Source: Pseudomonadota bacterium
Lineage (GTDB): Bacteria > Pseudomonadota > Alphaproteobacteria > Sphingomonadales > Sphingomonadaceae
Direction of reading: 5' to 3'
Assembly (NCBI GenBank): GCA_041174825.1
Contig: JBEDGC010000005.1
Span: forward strand, 2,105 to 66,104
DNA length: 64,000 nt
Shown here: positions 49,203-58,730 of the stretch, piece by piece
Layout: each line of letters starts with the position of its first letter
Position numbering within the stretch: position 1 is the stretch's first letter
Notes under the pieces: model-generated
What the model was told of the DNA's origin: nothing
Database searches by the model: none
The model's input: only the letters and a program-made list of their open reading frames with translations
Translations under genes and position numbers: made by a program

Positions 49203-51104
49203 TCAGCGTGGATCATACCAAATTGGCGAGCTATAGGCGCGTTCCTGCGTCACCAGCGGCACTTCCTTTGGCGGTGTCAGGCCGAAGCGGACGGCATCAT
49301 AAAGCGTCCAGCGCGGGGTCGGGATTTCGATGACGCGGACATAGTAGAAAGCGGCGACCGAAGGATCAAAGTCGGGATCAGTCCAGACCGTGCCGAGCGT
49401 CGGTGCGCCGATGCTGTTGCTATAGGTTGCGTCCTTGAAATTGACCGTCGAACCAATGGGCGGCAGCTTGCCAGTCGCCGGATCAATTTTGCGGTTGCCT
49501 GCAAAGGCGACTTCATAGATTTTCTCGTACAGCTTGCCGTCCTTGCCGCGCCAGCCCTTGATAACCTGCACCCGGTCCAGATTGGCTCCCTCAGGATCCT
49601 TCAGCGCGCTCACAAGGAAGCGGGGGGAGCTTCCGGATTTCGCAGCCGTCAGAGTTCCGCCCATGGGCACGCCCTTGGCATAGGCGCTTTTAGCCCAGTC
49701 ACTGCCTTTCATATCGGCAAGTGAGAAGTCCCACCCCCCGAACAACCGCACCGCCATGCGCGGGCCCGTAGTCGCATAAGTCTCCTTGCGCTTAAAGGCC
49801 GCAAATATTTCTGCCCGGGTGTTGGCACGCGCCCAGACGCCGACATAGCCAGAACTCGCCAGCCGCCAATTCTGCCAGAGATTGCCCCCCATCTTGGCGG
49901 TCATCCGCTTGGCGCCGGGTTCGGAATCGGGAAATTTGCCCCAGAAATTATTGTCATCCGCAGTCGACATTGCGGTGTGCGAATCGGTGCTGCCGATCAG
50001 GCCGAATTTATAGGGGTTGGTGCCCAGATGTTTCTCGATCTCAAGACCTTGTTTAAGCGCTTCGCGCGCATAATTGCCGCGCATCTGTTCCCGTTTCTTG
50101 GCCGGATCGGTCGAGAAGGGAACGCCGCCAATGTTGGTCTCGTCCCACCGTTCAAAATTGGCGAATTCATCATCGGTAGAGAGCAGCGGATGGGTCTCCC
50201 CATCGCCCTTGACCTGAGTGGTTTCATAAAGCGGCTCCCACCTTGCGCGCGTCTTAACATACTCCGCGGTCATAGGGGAGCCGTCAAACTGCCTGAAACC
50301 AAACATGTTGCTGTTGGCAAGGTTGCCATTGTGGGCAATCGCAATAACCTCGCCTCTAGTCTTCTTTTCATAACTCGCCAGACTCCTCCAAAGATCGAAC
50401 GGGTTTCGGCTGTCGAGTGCGGAGAATGGGAGGATCTGTTTGGTCTTGTCAGGCCCGTCCTTGAAAACCACCACGCGGTGCAAATTGCCGCCATCTACCA
50501 TCGAGGTCCATTCATAGCCGGCAAAAGTGGTGAACTTGCCCGGCTGGTTGTTGCGCTCGGCCGCATCGATGGTTTCGGACCAGACAGTCTTGCGGAATTC
50601 CGGCGGCGGTGCGACTTTTTCGCGCAAGCCATCGATCATGCCGACAAAGTCCGCCATCAAGCCCTTAATATTTCCAGCCGATTGCAAAGGCCCCCAGCGT
50701 TTGCCGAGTGCCGAATTCGTGAGCGTGGGCTCGCCTTTGTCCAGCCCGGCAAAGACGCCAAGATATTCGCTATGATCGGAAACCATCAGGAAATCGAGTG
50801 GACGTGAAAGCTTGGCCTTTTGGCCATTATGCGCCTGCACCTCCAGCCCCTGAGCAAAGCGGTAAGCATCGTCGGGAGTGAGCGACTTGTTGCCAAAGGT
50901 GAAGCTGTCAAATGAGTAGAGCGTATGGAGGTGCAAATCACCCCAGAAAACACGCTCGGGCACTTCGGTCAGCGCGACATTCTCTGTTACGGTTTTGTCG
51001 TCGTTGCCGTTAGACATCTTCAAGCATCCGCCAACAAGCGCCAGCCCGGCAACAGTTGCCAGAAATGCACCCGGTACCTTTGTTTGCCCAAATCTCATGG
51101 CCAA
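49203..51104 (-). CDS. DUF3604-domain protein, predicted lipoprotein
   Basis: Signal/lipobox LALVGGC. VFWGDLHLHTLYSFDSF...PDDAYRFAQG...RPLDFLMVSDHSEYLG is the characteristic DUF3604 N-terminal metal-binding-like region. Confidence 0.75.
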   Translation of the reverse strand: MAMRFGQTKVPGAFLATVAGLALVGGCLKMSNGNDDKTVTENVALTEVPERVFWGDLHLHTLYSFDSFTFGNKSLTPDDAYRFAQGLEVQAHNGQKAKLSRPLDFLMVSDHSEYLGVFAGLDKGEPTLTNSALGKRWGPLQSAGNIKGLMADFVGMIDGLREKVAPPPEFRKTVWSETIDAAERNNQPGKFTTFAGYEWTSMVDGGNLHRVVVFKDGPDKTKQILPFSALDSRNPFDLWRSLASYEKKTRGEVIAIAHNGNLANSNMFGFRQFDGSPMTAEYVKTRARWEPLYETTQVKGDGETHPLLSTDDEFANFERWDETNIGGVPFSTDPAKKREQMRGNYAREALKQGLEIEKHLGTNPYKFGLIGSTDSHTAMSTADDNNFWGKFPDSEPGAKRMTAKMGGNLWQNWRLASSGYVGVWARANTRAEIFAAFKRKETYATTGPRMAVRLFGGWDFSLADMKGSDWAKSAYAKGVPMGGTLTAAKSGSSPRFLVSALKDPEGANLDRVQVIKGWRGKDGKLYEKIYEVAFAGNRKIDPATGKLPPIGSTVNFKDATYSNSIGAPTLGTVWTDPDFDPSVAAFYYVRVIEIPTPRWTLYDAVRFGLTPPKEVPLVTQERAYSSPIWYDPR

Positions 51105-51260
51105 TTTCTCCCTCCGCCCATGCAGGCATCAAGCAGATGCCTACCATATTCTGCAACCATCGTTTTCGCTAATGCTAGCTCCGTTTTTTGTTAGTTTTCT
51201 GGTCGCACCCCGCGGCCTAGACCCAAAGGTAGAGGACAACCAAGCGGGGAGTAGGTCAGC

Positions 51261-52568
51261 ATGAGAGTTGGAAGTTTCTTTCCGGATCAGGAAAAATCGA
51301 CATTTTACGCAATGGCGGGTGATGATTGTTCACTCTTCTTTGATCTCGATAATCTGACCGAAAAGCAGATGGCTGACCATATGACCAATGTCGAACTGAC
51401 CAGCATGCTGCAAATTGCCTTGATCGCGCTCGGCAAGGCGAGCGATTATGTCGGACTTTACGACCTGTTCGAAGAACGGCCTTGGGCGGAAATGGTTGAA
51501 CGCTATCGCCGTAATTTTCTCGACGCCGGGTTCGAAACCATCCCGCCAGAACATTATGTCTATGGCCGCAAGATGGATTTCTATGCGTCGATCGCGGACG
51601 GGGTGCCCGATGTTGAGCTGGTGAGCCTCTATCTCAACAGCGGCTCCAACTTTGTCCTTCACAACAGCCTGGATCTGTTGGCGCTCAGCCGCAAATTGAA
51701 CTCAAAATTCCATTTCGCCGAACATGCGCCGAAATACGGGATTCCGGTGCCCGAAACCTATGTCACCACCAAAGCCGGTCTGGCGAGCGCGGAGGCGAAG
51801 GCGTTTCTGGACAAGAATATCGCGGCAGACGGCGCGATCATGCTTAAGATCTCTGGATTGGCTGGCGCGCGCAATGTGACGTCAGTTACTTCGATGGCCG
51901 AAGCGCTCGACTATGTCGCGCAATATGAAGACGATATGGACGTGCTTTTGCAAAAGAAGCTCGACCTGCGCGAGTTCACCGAAATGACGGTCGACCTGTT
52001 CGTTTCGGACAGGGACATCCGCATCGCCAATTTCCGCCAGATCCTGTTTGCGGGCGGCGTCTGGGTGGGAAATTTCGTGCCCAGGGAAAGCAAGCTGACG
52101 CCCGAGCAGGAAACGCAGCTGGTCAAAGTCGGCGAATATGCCCGCAGCCATGGGCTGGGCGATCCTGAAGGCAATAATTGCGGGATCGATTTCTTCGTCG
52201 GGCCAAAAGGCGAGATAATCGTCACCGAAATCAATGTCCGCTGGACTGGAGGCCTGTTCCCGACCCAGGCAATCCAGAAGATCAATGGTGGCAGCACCGA
52301 TGCCGTGGTCTGCTTCGATATTGTACCCACCGCCGAGGCTGGGGCCTACCTTGATTTTGTCGAGGCCCATTTGCCGCGAAGGACCCAAGGGCCGTTCAAT
52401 TGCATCTCATTGGGTTTCAGCCCGTTTGAGCAGCAGATCGAAAATGTGCCGCACATCTTCGTCTGGCATCTGGTGCTGGGGGACTTTTGGGCATTTCATG
52501 CAGAAAAGCTGGCAAATCTGCCCAAAGGGGTGCTGCCGACGACCGATCTGATCCAGCTGCCCGGCTGA
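51261..52568 (+). CDS. ATP-grasp-fold ligase-like protein with unknown ~150-aa N-terminal region
   Basis: KFHFAEHAPKYGIPVPETYV, IMLKISGLAGARNV and GIDFFVGPKGEIIVTEINVRWTGG follow the order of ATP-grasp B-loop, central domain and Mg-binding E-x-N-x-R motifs. SD GGGGAG. Confidence 0.6.
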   Translation: MRVGSFFPDQEKSTFYAMAGDDCSLFFDLDNLTEKQMADHMTNVELTSMLQIALIALGKASDYVGLYDLFEERPWAEMVERYRRNFLDAGFETIPPEHYVYGRKMDFYASIADGVPDVELVSLYLNSGSNFVLHNSLDLLALSRKLNSKFHFAEHAPKYGIPVPETYVTTKAGLASAEAKAFLDKNIAADGAIMLKISGLAGARNVTSVTSMAEALDYVAQYEDDMDVLLQKKLDLREFTEMTVDLFVSDRDIRIANFRQILFAGGVWVGNFVPRESKLTPEQETQLVKVGEYARSHGLGDPEGNNCGIDFFVGPKGEIIVTEINVRWTGGLFPTQAIQKINGGSTDAVVCFDIVPTAEAGAYLDFVEAHLPRRTQGPFNCISLGFSPFEQQIENVPHIFVWHLVLGDFWAFHAEKLANLPKGVLPTTDLIQLPG

Positions 52569-52577
52569 ACGAGGGCC

Positions 52578-53411
52578 ATGCCGAGACTGCTGCTGATGGA
52601 GGGCAATCCCCGCCACCGCCGCGAGCGTGGCGCTGAGCGTGGAGTGCGGACCGGCAGTGCGATGTATCGGGCGGCAATCAGCGCTCATTTTCCGTATATT
52701 GATGTCGACATAATCTGCGCCGCCGATGATGGTGCAACCATGCCCGGTGGCCGGGCAATTACCGACTATGATGGCTTCGTCGTCTGCGGCTCCACCTTGC
52801 ACGCCTATGATGATCATCCGTTTGTCACGAACCAGATCGAAACACTCCGTCAGGTTGCGGCAATCGGCCTTCCCATCCTCGCTAGCTGCTGGGGATTGCA
52901 AATCGCCTGCATTGCGGCAGGGGGAGAGGTAGCGCATCATCCTGCCGGAAGCGAGGTTGGCTTTGCTCGCAATATCATGCCCAACGCGACCGGACGCGCG
53001 CATCCGCTGCTATCCCGACGACCTGCCCGGTTCGATGCAATGTGCATTCATTATGACGAAGTTGTGCGCCTGCCAGAATGCGCGACATTGCTTGCCTCAA
53101 ACCATCATAGCCGCGTGCAGGCCGCCATCATTCCGCTTGAACACTCTGAGGTCTGGGCGGTGCAATACCATCCCGAATTTGATTTCGAACATCTCGCAAC
53201 CATTTACCGGCTGCACGGCGTAGAGTTGATCACGCAGGGTCTGTTCGCCGATGTGGATGACCTTGACCGCCACTGCCAATGGCTCGCTTCGTTGTCATGC
53301 AATCCAGACGATGCCGAAGCGGCTCGCTGGCTCCATATCGACGATCAACTCACCAACGGCTACCAGCGTCATGCAGAAATAATCGCGTGGGTCGAAAACT
53401 ATGTTCTCTAG
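52578..53411 (+). CDS. Class I glutamine amidotransferase-like protein (GATase1)
   Basis: Nucleophile elbow ILASCWGLQ and a His/Glu region WAVQYHPEF. Begins 9 nt after the ATP-grasp gene. Confidence 0.75.
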   Translation: MPRLLLMEGNPRHRRERGAERGVRTGSAMYRAAISAHFPYIDVDIICAADDGATMPGGRAITDYDGFVVCGSTLHAYDDHPFVTNQIETLRQVAAIGLPILASCWGLQIACIAAGGEVAHHPAGSEVGFARNIMPNATGRAHPLLSRRPARFDAMCIHYDEVVRLPECATLLASNHHSRVQAAIIPLEHSEVWAVQYHPEFDFEHLATIYRLHGVELITQGLFADVDDLDRHCQWLASLSCNPDDAEAARWLHIDDQLTNGYQRHAEIIAWVENYVL

Positions 53412-54205
53412 CCCTGCTGCGCCGCCATTGCTGCGCCAACCGCCGCTCCAATTTCCTCAGGCCGCGGATTACGCCTCAGCGTCAGCCCGCCATTGATCTG
53501 CAGATTCTGGCCCGACATGTAGCAATCATCGCTGCACACCCAGACGGCCGCCTTGGCGATATCTTCCGGCGTACCGACCCGGCCCAGCGGGTATTCCTTG
53601 ATGAAGGCATCGGCGAGGCCGGGCGTGGCAAAGGCCGCCGCTGTCATCGGGCTTTCGGTGAAACCCGGCGACAGGATGTTCGCGCGGATACCTTGCGGGC
53701 CATATTGATTAGCGACACAGCGGATCAGCGCTTCTGACCCTGACTTGGTGCCGATATAGGCGGCGTGATCGTCGATCAGGCATTGGGTCGTCGCTGACGA
53801 AATCTGGATTAGGGAGCCGCCGCCCGTCATTGCACGGACAAAGGCGCTCAGGAAATAATGCACGCCCTTGAACTGCAGAGCGACCATCTGGTCCAGCTCT
53901 TCCTCGCTTATTTCGTGCAACGACTTGAGCAGGCCCCAGCCGGTCGCATTGATCGCGATATCGACCTTGCCATGCTGCTCGACCGTGGTGCGGGCCAGCG
54001 TCTCGACATCCTGTTTGTGGGTGATATCGCAGACGGCCCAATCGCCGGCGATCAGGCCGGCGAATTTCTTGAGCACATCTTCATTACGCCCAGCCACAAC
54101 GACTTTTGCGCCTGCATCCGCCAGTGCGCGCGCGATATGCTGGCCCATATTGTCTTCGCCTGCCGCACCCAGAACCACCGCGACCTTGCCCGCCAGATTA
54201 GCCAT
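53408..54205 (-). CDS. SDR-family oxidoreductase
   Basis: Glycine-rich N-terminus VVLGAAGEDNMG, catalytic YIGTK and SPG. Confidence 0.85.
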   Translation of the reverse strand: MANLAGKVAVVLGAAGEDNMGQHIARALADAGAKVVVAGRNEDVLKKFAGLIAGDWAVCDITHKQDVETLARTTVEQHGKVDIAINATGWGLLKSLHEISEEELDQMVALQFKGVHYFLSAFVRAMTGGGSLIQISSATTQCLIDDHAAYIGTKSGSEALIRCVANQYGPQGIRANILSPGFTESPMTAAAFATPGLADAFIKEYPLGRVGTPEDIAKAAVWVCSDDCYMSGQNLQINGGLTLRRNPRPEEIGAAVGAAMAAQQG

Positions 54206-54211
54206 CGCCCA

Positions 54212-54562
54212 CTATCCTCTCGCGCTCAGGAATGTCGCTGTGGCGACACCATCGGGCCCATAGACGGGCTCGGAGAGGTCACAGCGATATTTGCGCGTAT
54301 TGGCATTGAGGATCGAATAGGGTCCCAGATGCGCCAGCATGCCGCTATAGGATGGGGCAACCAGATGCGCCGCCAGGTCTTCAGCGCTTTCCCATTCCTC
54401 AAAAACATGCACCCGGCCGGGGTCATAGGGATCGGCGGTCCAAGCATAATGGCGGCAGCCTTTCTCGGCGAGCGCCATCTCGATCAGCTCCTTGGCACCG
54501 GCCAGCGCCGCATCCCGGTTTTCCGGCGGGAAATCGACTTCGCCTGCAATACAAATAATCAT
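54212..54562 (-). CDS. Antibiotic-biosynthesis-monooxygenase (ABM/YgiN-like) domain protein
   Basis: ~115 aa with a ferredoxin-like pattern IICIAGEV...EKGCRHYAW..DP..PGRVHVFEEWESAEDLAAH. SD GAGGA lies before the ATG at 54562. Confidence 0.6.
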   Translation of the reverse strand: MIICIAGEVDFPPENRDAALAGAKELIEMALAEKGCRHYAWTADPYDPGRVHVFEEWESAEDLAAHLVAPSYSGMLAHLGPYSILNANTRKYRCDLSEPVYGPDGVATATFLSARG

Positions 54563-54716
54563 GATCCTATCCTCATCCACTCCGGGTGAAAGCCTATGGA
54601 GATTCGCAGCTGCACTAAACTATCATTTGCGCGGTTTGTCCCCCCTCACTTTTGTGTATTCAGGTGAATGCTATGGTCGGGCATGGTAGCCTTTAGGAAC
54701 GATAAGGAGAGTGGCC

Positions 54717-55478
54717 ATGGATTTGGGTTTGAAGGGCAAAAAAGTCATCATGAATGGCGGAGCGCACGGGATCGGACTCGAAACCGTCAAGCTGTTCACG
54801 GCCGAAGGAGCCGACGTTGCTTTCTTCTCGCGCGACCAGGGACGTGTTGATGCCGCCCTCGCCGCAGTAGTGGGCAATCCAGGCAAGGCGCACGGACAAG
54901 CGTTCGACATGAACGGTAATCCGGATGGCTACAAAGCCTGGCTGTCGGGTGCTGCGGAGAAACTCGGCGGTTGCGATATCTTCATTCACACCGCCAGCTC
55001 GTCGGGCATGGGCGCGACGCAGGATTGGCATAAGGGTTTCGAGATCGACATCATGGGAGCGGTGCTCGGCATGGAGGCGCTGGAAGGCGCGCTGGAGGCA
55101 TCGGGCAATGGTTCGGTGATCTTTATGTCCTCAACCGCTGCGGTCGAAACCTTCATCATGCCGCAGGCGTTCAACGCGCTGAAAGCGGCACTGATCACGT
55201 ATGCTTCGCAGCTTTCCCAATCGCTCGCTCCCAAGGGGATCCGGGTGAACACAATAACGCCGGGGCCGATCGAATATCCCACCGGCAATTGGGAGGCGAT
55301 TAAGGGCGCGATGCCCGATTTCTACAATGGCACCGTCGCGCAAATGCCGATGGGGCGGCTGGGCGCGCCTGATGAGGTTGCACGCGCAGTCGTGTTCCTT
55401 GCCAGCCCGGCCTCATCCTATACCAGTGGAACAAATATTGTGGTGGATGGCGGTTATACCAAGCGGGTACAATTCTGA
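54717..55478 (+). CDS. SDR-family oxidoreductase
   Basis: Rossmann NGGAHGIG and a PG motif TPGPI. SD AAGGAGAG. The stop overlaps the GST start. Confidence 0.85.
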   Translation: MDLGLKGKKVIMNGGAHGIGLETVKLFTAEGADVAFFSRDQGRVDAALAAVVGNPGKAHGQAFDMNGNPDGYKAWLSGAAEKLGGCDIFIHTASSSGMGATQDWHKGFEIDIMGAVLGMEALEGALEASGNGSVIFMSSTAAVETFIMPQAFNALKAALITYASQLSQSLAPKGIRVNTITPGPIEYPTGNWEAIKGAMPDFYNGTVAQMPMGRLGAPDEVARAVVFLASPASSYTSGTNIVVDGGYTKRVQF

Positions 55479-56113
55479 TGAAGCTTTACCAATCGGTCGG
55501 ACCCAACCCGCGCGTCACTACCATGTTCGTCGCCGAAAAAGGCGTCACCATCGAGCGCGTCTTTCTCGATATCATGGCAGGCGAAAACAGGCAGAACGAT
55601 TTTCTTGCCAAAAACCCGCGGGGTGGGTCGCCCTGCCTTGAACTGGATGACGGCAGCTTTCTCGACGAATCGTTAGCGATCTGCGAATATCTCGAGGAGC
55701 GACACCCTTCGCCAACGCTCATCGGCAGCAATGCAGAGGAACGGGCGCAGGCTCGCGCAGCACTCCGCTGGGTCGATCAGCAGATCGTTGTGCCGATGAC
55801 CAACGGTTTCCGCAGCGCTGAGGGGCTGCCGATGTTCCAGCCGCGCATGCTCTGCATTCCCGATGCGTCAGACGGCAACAAGGCCTATGCCCGGGACGGC
55901 CTGACCAAGGCCGATGCGCGCCTTGCCGGGCAGGAATATCTGTGTGGAGACCGCTTCACGCTTGCTGATATATTGCTGTTTTGCTTTGTCGAATTTGGCG
56001 CGGCAGTGGGACAGTCTATTCCCGATGGCTGCGAAAACCTCAACAACTGGCATGCGCGTGTGGCGGCCCGGCCCAGTGCGGTAAAGAGCGCCGATCCCAA
56101 GAACGGAGTCTGA
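55478..56113 (+). CDS. Glutathione S-transferase
   Basis: Thioredoxin-like N-domain (NPRGGSPCLELDDGSFLDESLAICEYLEE) and an alpha-helical C-domain. Confidence 0.85.
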   Translation: MKLYQSVGPNPRVTTMFVAEKGVTIERVFLDIMAGENRQNDFLAKNPRGGSPCLELDDGSFLDESLAICEYLEERHPSPTLIGSNAEERAQARAALRWVDQQIVVPMTNGFRSAEGLPMFQPRMLCIPDASDGNKAYARDGLTKADARLAGQEYLCGDRFTLADILLFCFVEFGAAVGQSIPDGCENLNNWHARVAARPSAVKSADPKNGV

Positions 56114-56116
56114 AAT

Positions 56117-57097
56117 ATGGACCGCGACAAACTCCTCGATATCTACACCCGCACCATGCGCATCGCGCGCTTTGACGAGCAGATGCGCAGCGTGATCATG
56201 TCGGGCAAGCTGGCGACGCTATATTACACCGTGCGTGGGCAGGAACTGGTGACGGCGGCGATGATGGCTGCGGCTAACAAGGATGATTATCTCGTCACCA
56301 CCTATCGCGGCCAGCATGACCAAATTGCCAAGGGCGTGCCGCTCGACCTTCTGATCGCGGAGATTGCCGGACGCGAAACCGGCACCTGCAAGGGCAAGGG
56401 TGGGTCGATGCATATCACCCATCCGGCGACAGGGGTGATGGTAACGACAGGTGTGGTGGGCTCGGGCCTACCCATCGCCAACGGCCTAGCGCTCGCCTCG
56501 CAAAACCGCAAGGATGGCAAAATCACAATCTGCTGCTTCGGCGATGGCGCGACCAATATCGGCGCATTTCATGAATCAATGAACATGGCGCAGCTTTATG
56601 GCCTGCCGGTGATCTTCTTCTGCCAGAACAACCGCTATGGCGAACACACCGCCTTTGCCGACCATACGAAGGTCGAAAATATCGCGCTGCGCGCGGCGGC
56701 CTATAATATGAAGGCGATCCATGTTGACGGCAATGATACCGAGGCGATGTATGCCGCCGCGGTTGAGGCGGTCGAGCATGCACGCAGCGGCAAGGGGCCG
56801 GTGCTGTTGGAGGCGATGTGCTACCGGATGATGGGGCATTTTTTCGGGGCCGACTTCTCCTACATGCCCCCGGACCATCTCGCCGAAATGGCGGCAGAAG
56901 ACCCGCTGCCCAAGCTGCGCAAGTTGATGCTCGATCATCAGTTCAGCGAAGAGGAACTGGATGGCATGGTCGCCACGCTTGACAAGGAGATTGAGGACGC
57001 GATGACCTTCGCTTTTGAAAGCCCCTTCCCTAGTGCAGCGGAGCTGACGGTCGATGTGTTTGAAGAAAAGATCGTCGAAGGGAGGTACGGCGCATGA
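56117..57097 (+). CDS. TPP-dependent 2-oxoacid/acetoin-type dehydrogenase E1 alpha subunit
   Basis: TPP motif GDGATNIGAFHESMNMAQLYGLPVIFFCQNN and YRGH-like YRMMGH. Confidence 0.9.
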   Translation: MDRDKLLDIYTRTMRIARFDEQMRSVIMSGKLATLYYTVRGQELVTAAMMAAANKDDYLVTTYRGQHDQIAKGVPLDLLIAEIAGRETGTCKGKGGSMHITHPATGVMVTTGVVGSGLPIANGLALASQNRKDGKITICCFGDGATNIGAFHESMNMAQLYGLPVIFFCQNNRYGEHTAFADHTKVENIALRAAAYNMKAIHVDGNDTEAMYAAAVEAVEHARSGKGPVLLEAMCYRMMGHFFGADFSYMPPDHLAEMAAEDPLPKLRKLMLDHQFSEEELDGMVATLDKEIEDAMTFAFESPFPSAAELTVDVFEEKIVEGRYGA

Positions 57098-58083
57098 GCA
57101 AGATAACGATGGGCCAAGGGCTGAACCGCGCCATTGACGAGGCGATGGCCGAAGATGAAGGCGTCATCCTGCTGGGTGAAGATGTTGCGGCCAAGCAGGG
57201 CGGCGGCGTGTTCAAGATTTCAGCAGGCCTTACCGAAAAATATGGCGAGCATCGCATCCGCGCGACGCCAATTTCAGAACAAGCAATCATGGGCGCCTGC
57301 GTCGGCGCAGCGCTGACCGGCTTCCGTCCGATTGCCGAAATCATGCTGATGAATTTCGTGACGGTGTGCATGGACCAGATCGTCAACCATGCGGCAAAGC
57401 TGCGCTTCATGTCGGGTGGACAGACCAATGTGCCGCTCGTCATCCGCACCACCACCGGGGTCGGCGTGGGCTTTGGCGGGCAGCATAGTGACATGCTGGA
57501 AGCCTGGTTTGCGCATGTGCCGGGCCTAAAGATCGTCACGCCCTCCAATGCGGCGGATGCCCAGGGGCTGATGCGCGCGGCAATTGCTTGCAATGATCCG
57601 GTGATCTTCATCGAAAATATCCTCTGCTATGGACTGCAATCGGACGATCCGGGGGCGAACCATGTCGTTCCGCTGGGCAAGGCAGCGGTCACGCAAGAGG
57701 GCAGAGATGTTTCTATCATCACTTATGGCCGCACCGTGCTCGATGCGCTTGAGGTCGCCGGACAACTGAAGGACGAGGGCATCTCTGCCGAGGTGATCGA
57801 CCTGCGCACTATCGCACCTTTTGACGAGGAAGCCGTGCTCGCCTCGGTCAAGAAAACCGGTCGCGCGATTGTGTTGCATGAGGCGGTGAAAGCCTTTGGC
57901 ACCGGCGCGGAGATCTCCGCGCGGATCAATGAGAAGCTGTTCGGCCAATTGAAAGCGCCGGTGGTGCGCATCGGCGGAGCCTTCTCGGCGGTGCCGATGG
58001 CCAATGTCCTCGAACAGGCGTGGATTCCGAACAAGGATGAAATCAAGGAAGCCGCGCGCGCGGCAGTGAAGTGGGGTAATTAA
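57094..58083 (+). CDS. TPP-dependent dehydrogenase E1 beta subunit
   Basis: Transketolase-like pyrimidine-binding and C-terminal domains (RATPISEQAIMG, DPVIFIEN, IDLRTIAPFD). ATGA overlap with the alpha subunit. Confidence 0.9.
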   Translation: MSKITMGQGLNRAIDEAMAEDEGVILLGEDVAAKQGGGVFKISAGLTEKYGEHRIRATPISEQAIMGACVGAALTGFRPIAEIMLMNFVTVCMDQIVNHAAKLRFMSGGQTNVPLVIRTTTGVGVGFGGQHSDMLEAWFAHVPGLKIVTPSNAADAQGLMRAAIACNDPVIFIENILCYGLQSDDPGANHVVPLGKAAVTQEGRDVSIITYGRTVLDALEVAGQLKDEGISAEVIDLRTIAPFDEEAVLASVKKTGRAIVLHEAVKAFGTGAEISARINEKLFGQLKAPVVRIGGAFSAVPMANVLEQAWIPNKDEIKEAARAAVKWGN

Positions 58084-58313
58084 TGGCAACCGAAATCCGC
58101 ATTCCCAAAATCGGCATGTCCGCAACCGAAATGACCTTGTCCGAATGGATGTTCGGCGACGGCGAGCAGGTGGAGGCCGGCGATGTGATCTACACCATTG
58201 AAACCGACAAGACGACGACCGAGATCGAAGCGCCGGTCAGCGGCGTGTTGCGCGTGGCCGGAGTAGAGGGCGAGGTTTACCCGGTAGGAACGCTGGTCGG
58301 AACGATTGAATAG
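58083..58313 (+). CDS. Free-standing lipoyl/biotinyl attachment domain protein (76 aa)
   Basis: IRIPKIGMSATEMTLSEW...IETDKTTTEIEAPVSG carries the lipoyl-lysine ETDK motif. No E2 catalytic domain follows. TAATG overlap with E1 beta. Confidence 0.8.
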   Translation: MATEIRIPKIGMSATEMTLSEWMFGDGEQVEAGDVIYTIETDKTTTEIEAPVSGVLRVAGVEGEVYPVGTLVGTIE

Positions 58314-58325
58314 CGGAGAAACATC

Positions 58326-58730
58326 ATGGCATTTTCAGGACCGATCGAAGACCAACTCGCGATCCGCAGCATGCATGAAGGCTATGCCGACGCCGTGTTC
58401 CGCGGCGATGCTGATCAATGGGGCAGCAACTGGGCAGATGATGGCCGCTGGCACCTGATGGGCACCGTCGTTGAAGGGCGCAATGCCATTGTGTCGCTGT
58501 GGAATGGTGCAATGGGCGGATTTTCCTTTGTCGCCTTTTTCTCGCAGGTTGGGGAAATCGAGATTGACGGCGATACCGCCAAGGGCCGCGTCTTCACCCA
58601 TGAGGTGCTAGAAGACGCTAATGGTACCATCCGCCGCCCGGTTGGCCGCTATGATGATAGCTATGTCAAGCGTGACGGGCGCTGGTATTATCAGGAACGC
58701 GTCTACACGATGCTAAAAGATATACCCTAA
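58326..58730 (+). CDS. NTF2/SnoaL-like protein
   Basis: 134 aa. The pattern IRSMHEGYADAVFRGDADQWGSNWADDGRW...YDDSYVKRDGRWYYQER is typical of SnoaL_4/NTF2 proteins. Confidence 0.65.
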   Translation: MAFSGPIEDQLAIRSMHEGYADAVFRGDADQWGSNWADDGRWHLMGTVVEGRNAIVSLWNGAMGGFSFVAFFSQVGEIEIDGDTAKGRVFTHEVLEDANGTIRRPVGRYDDSYVKRDGRWYYQERVYTMLKDIP

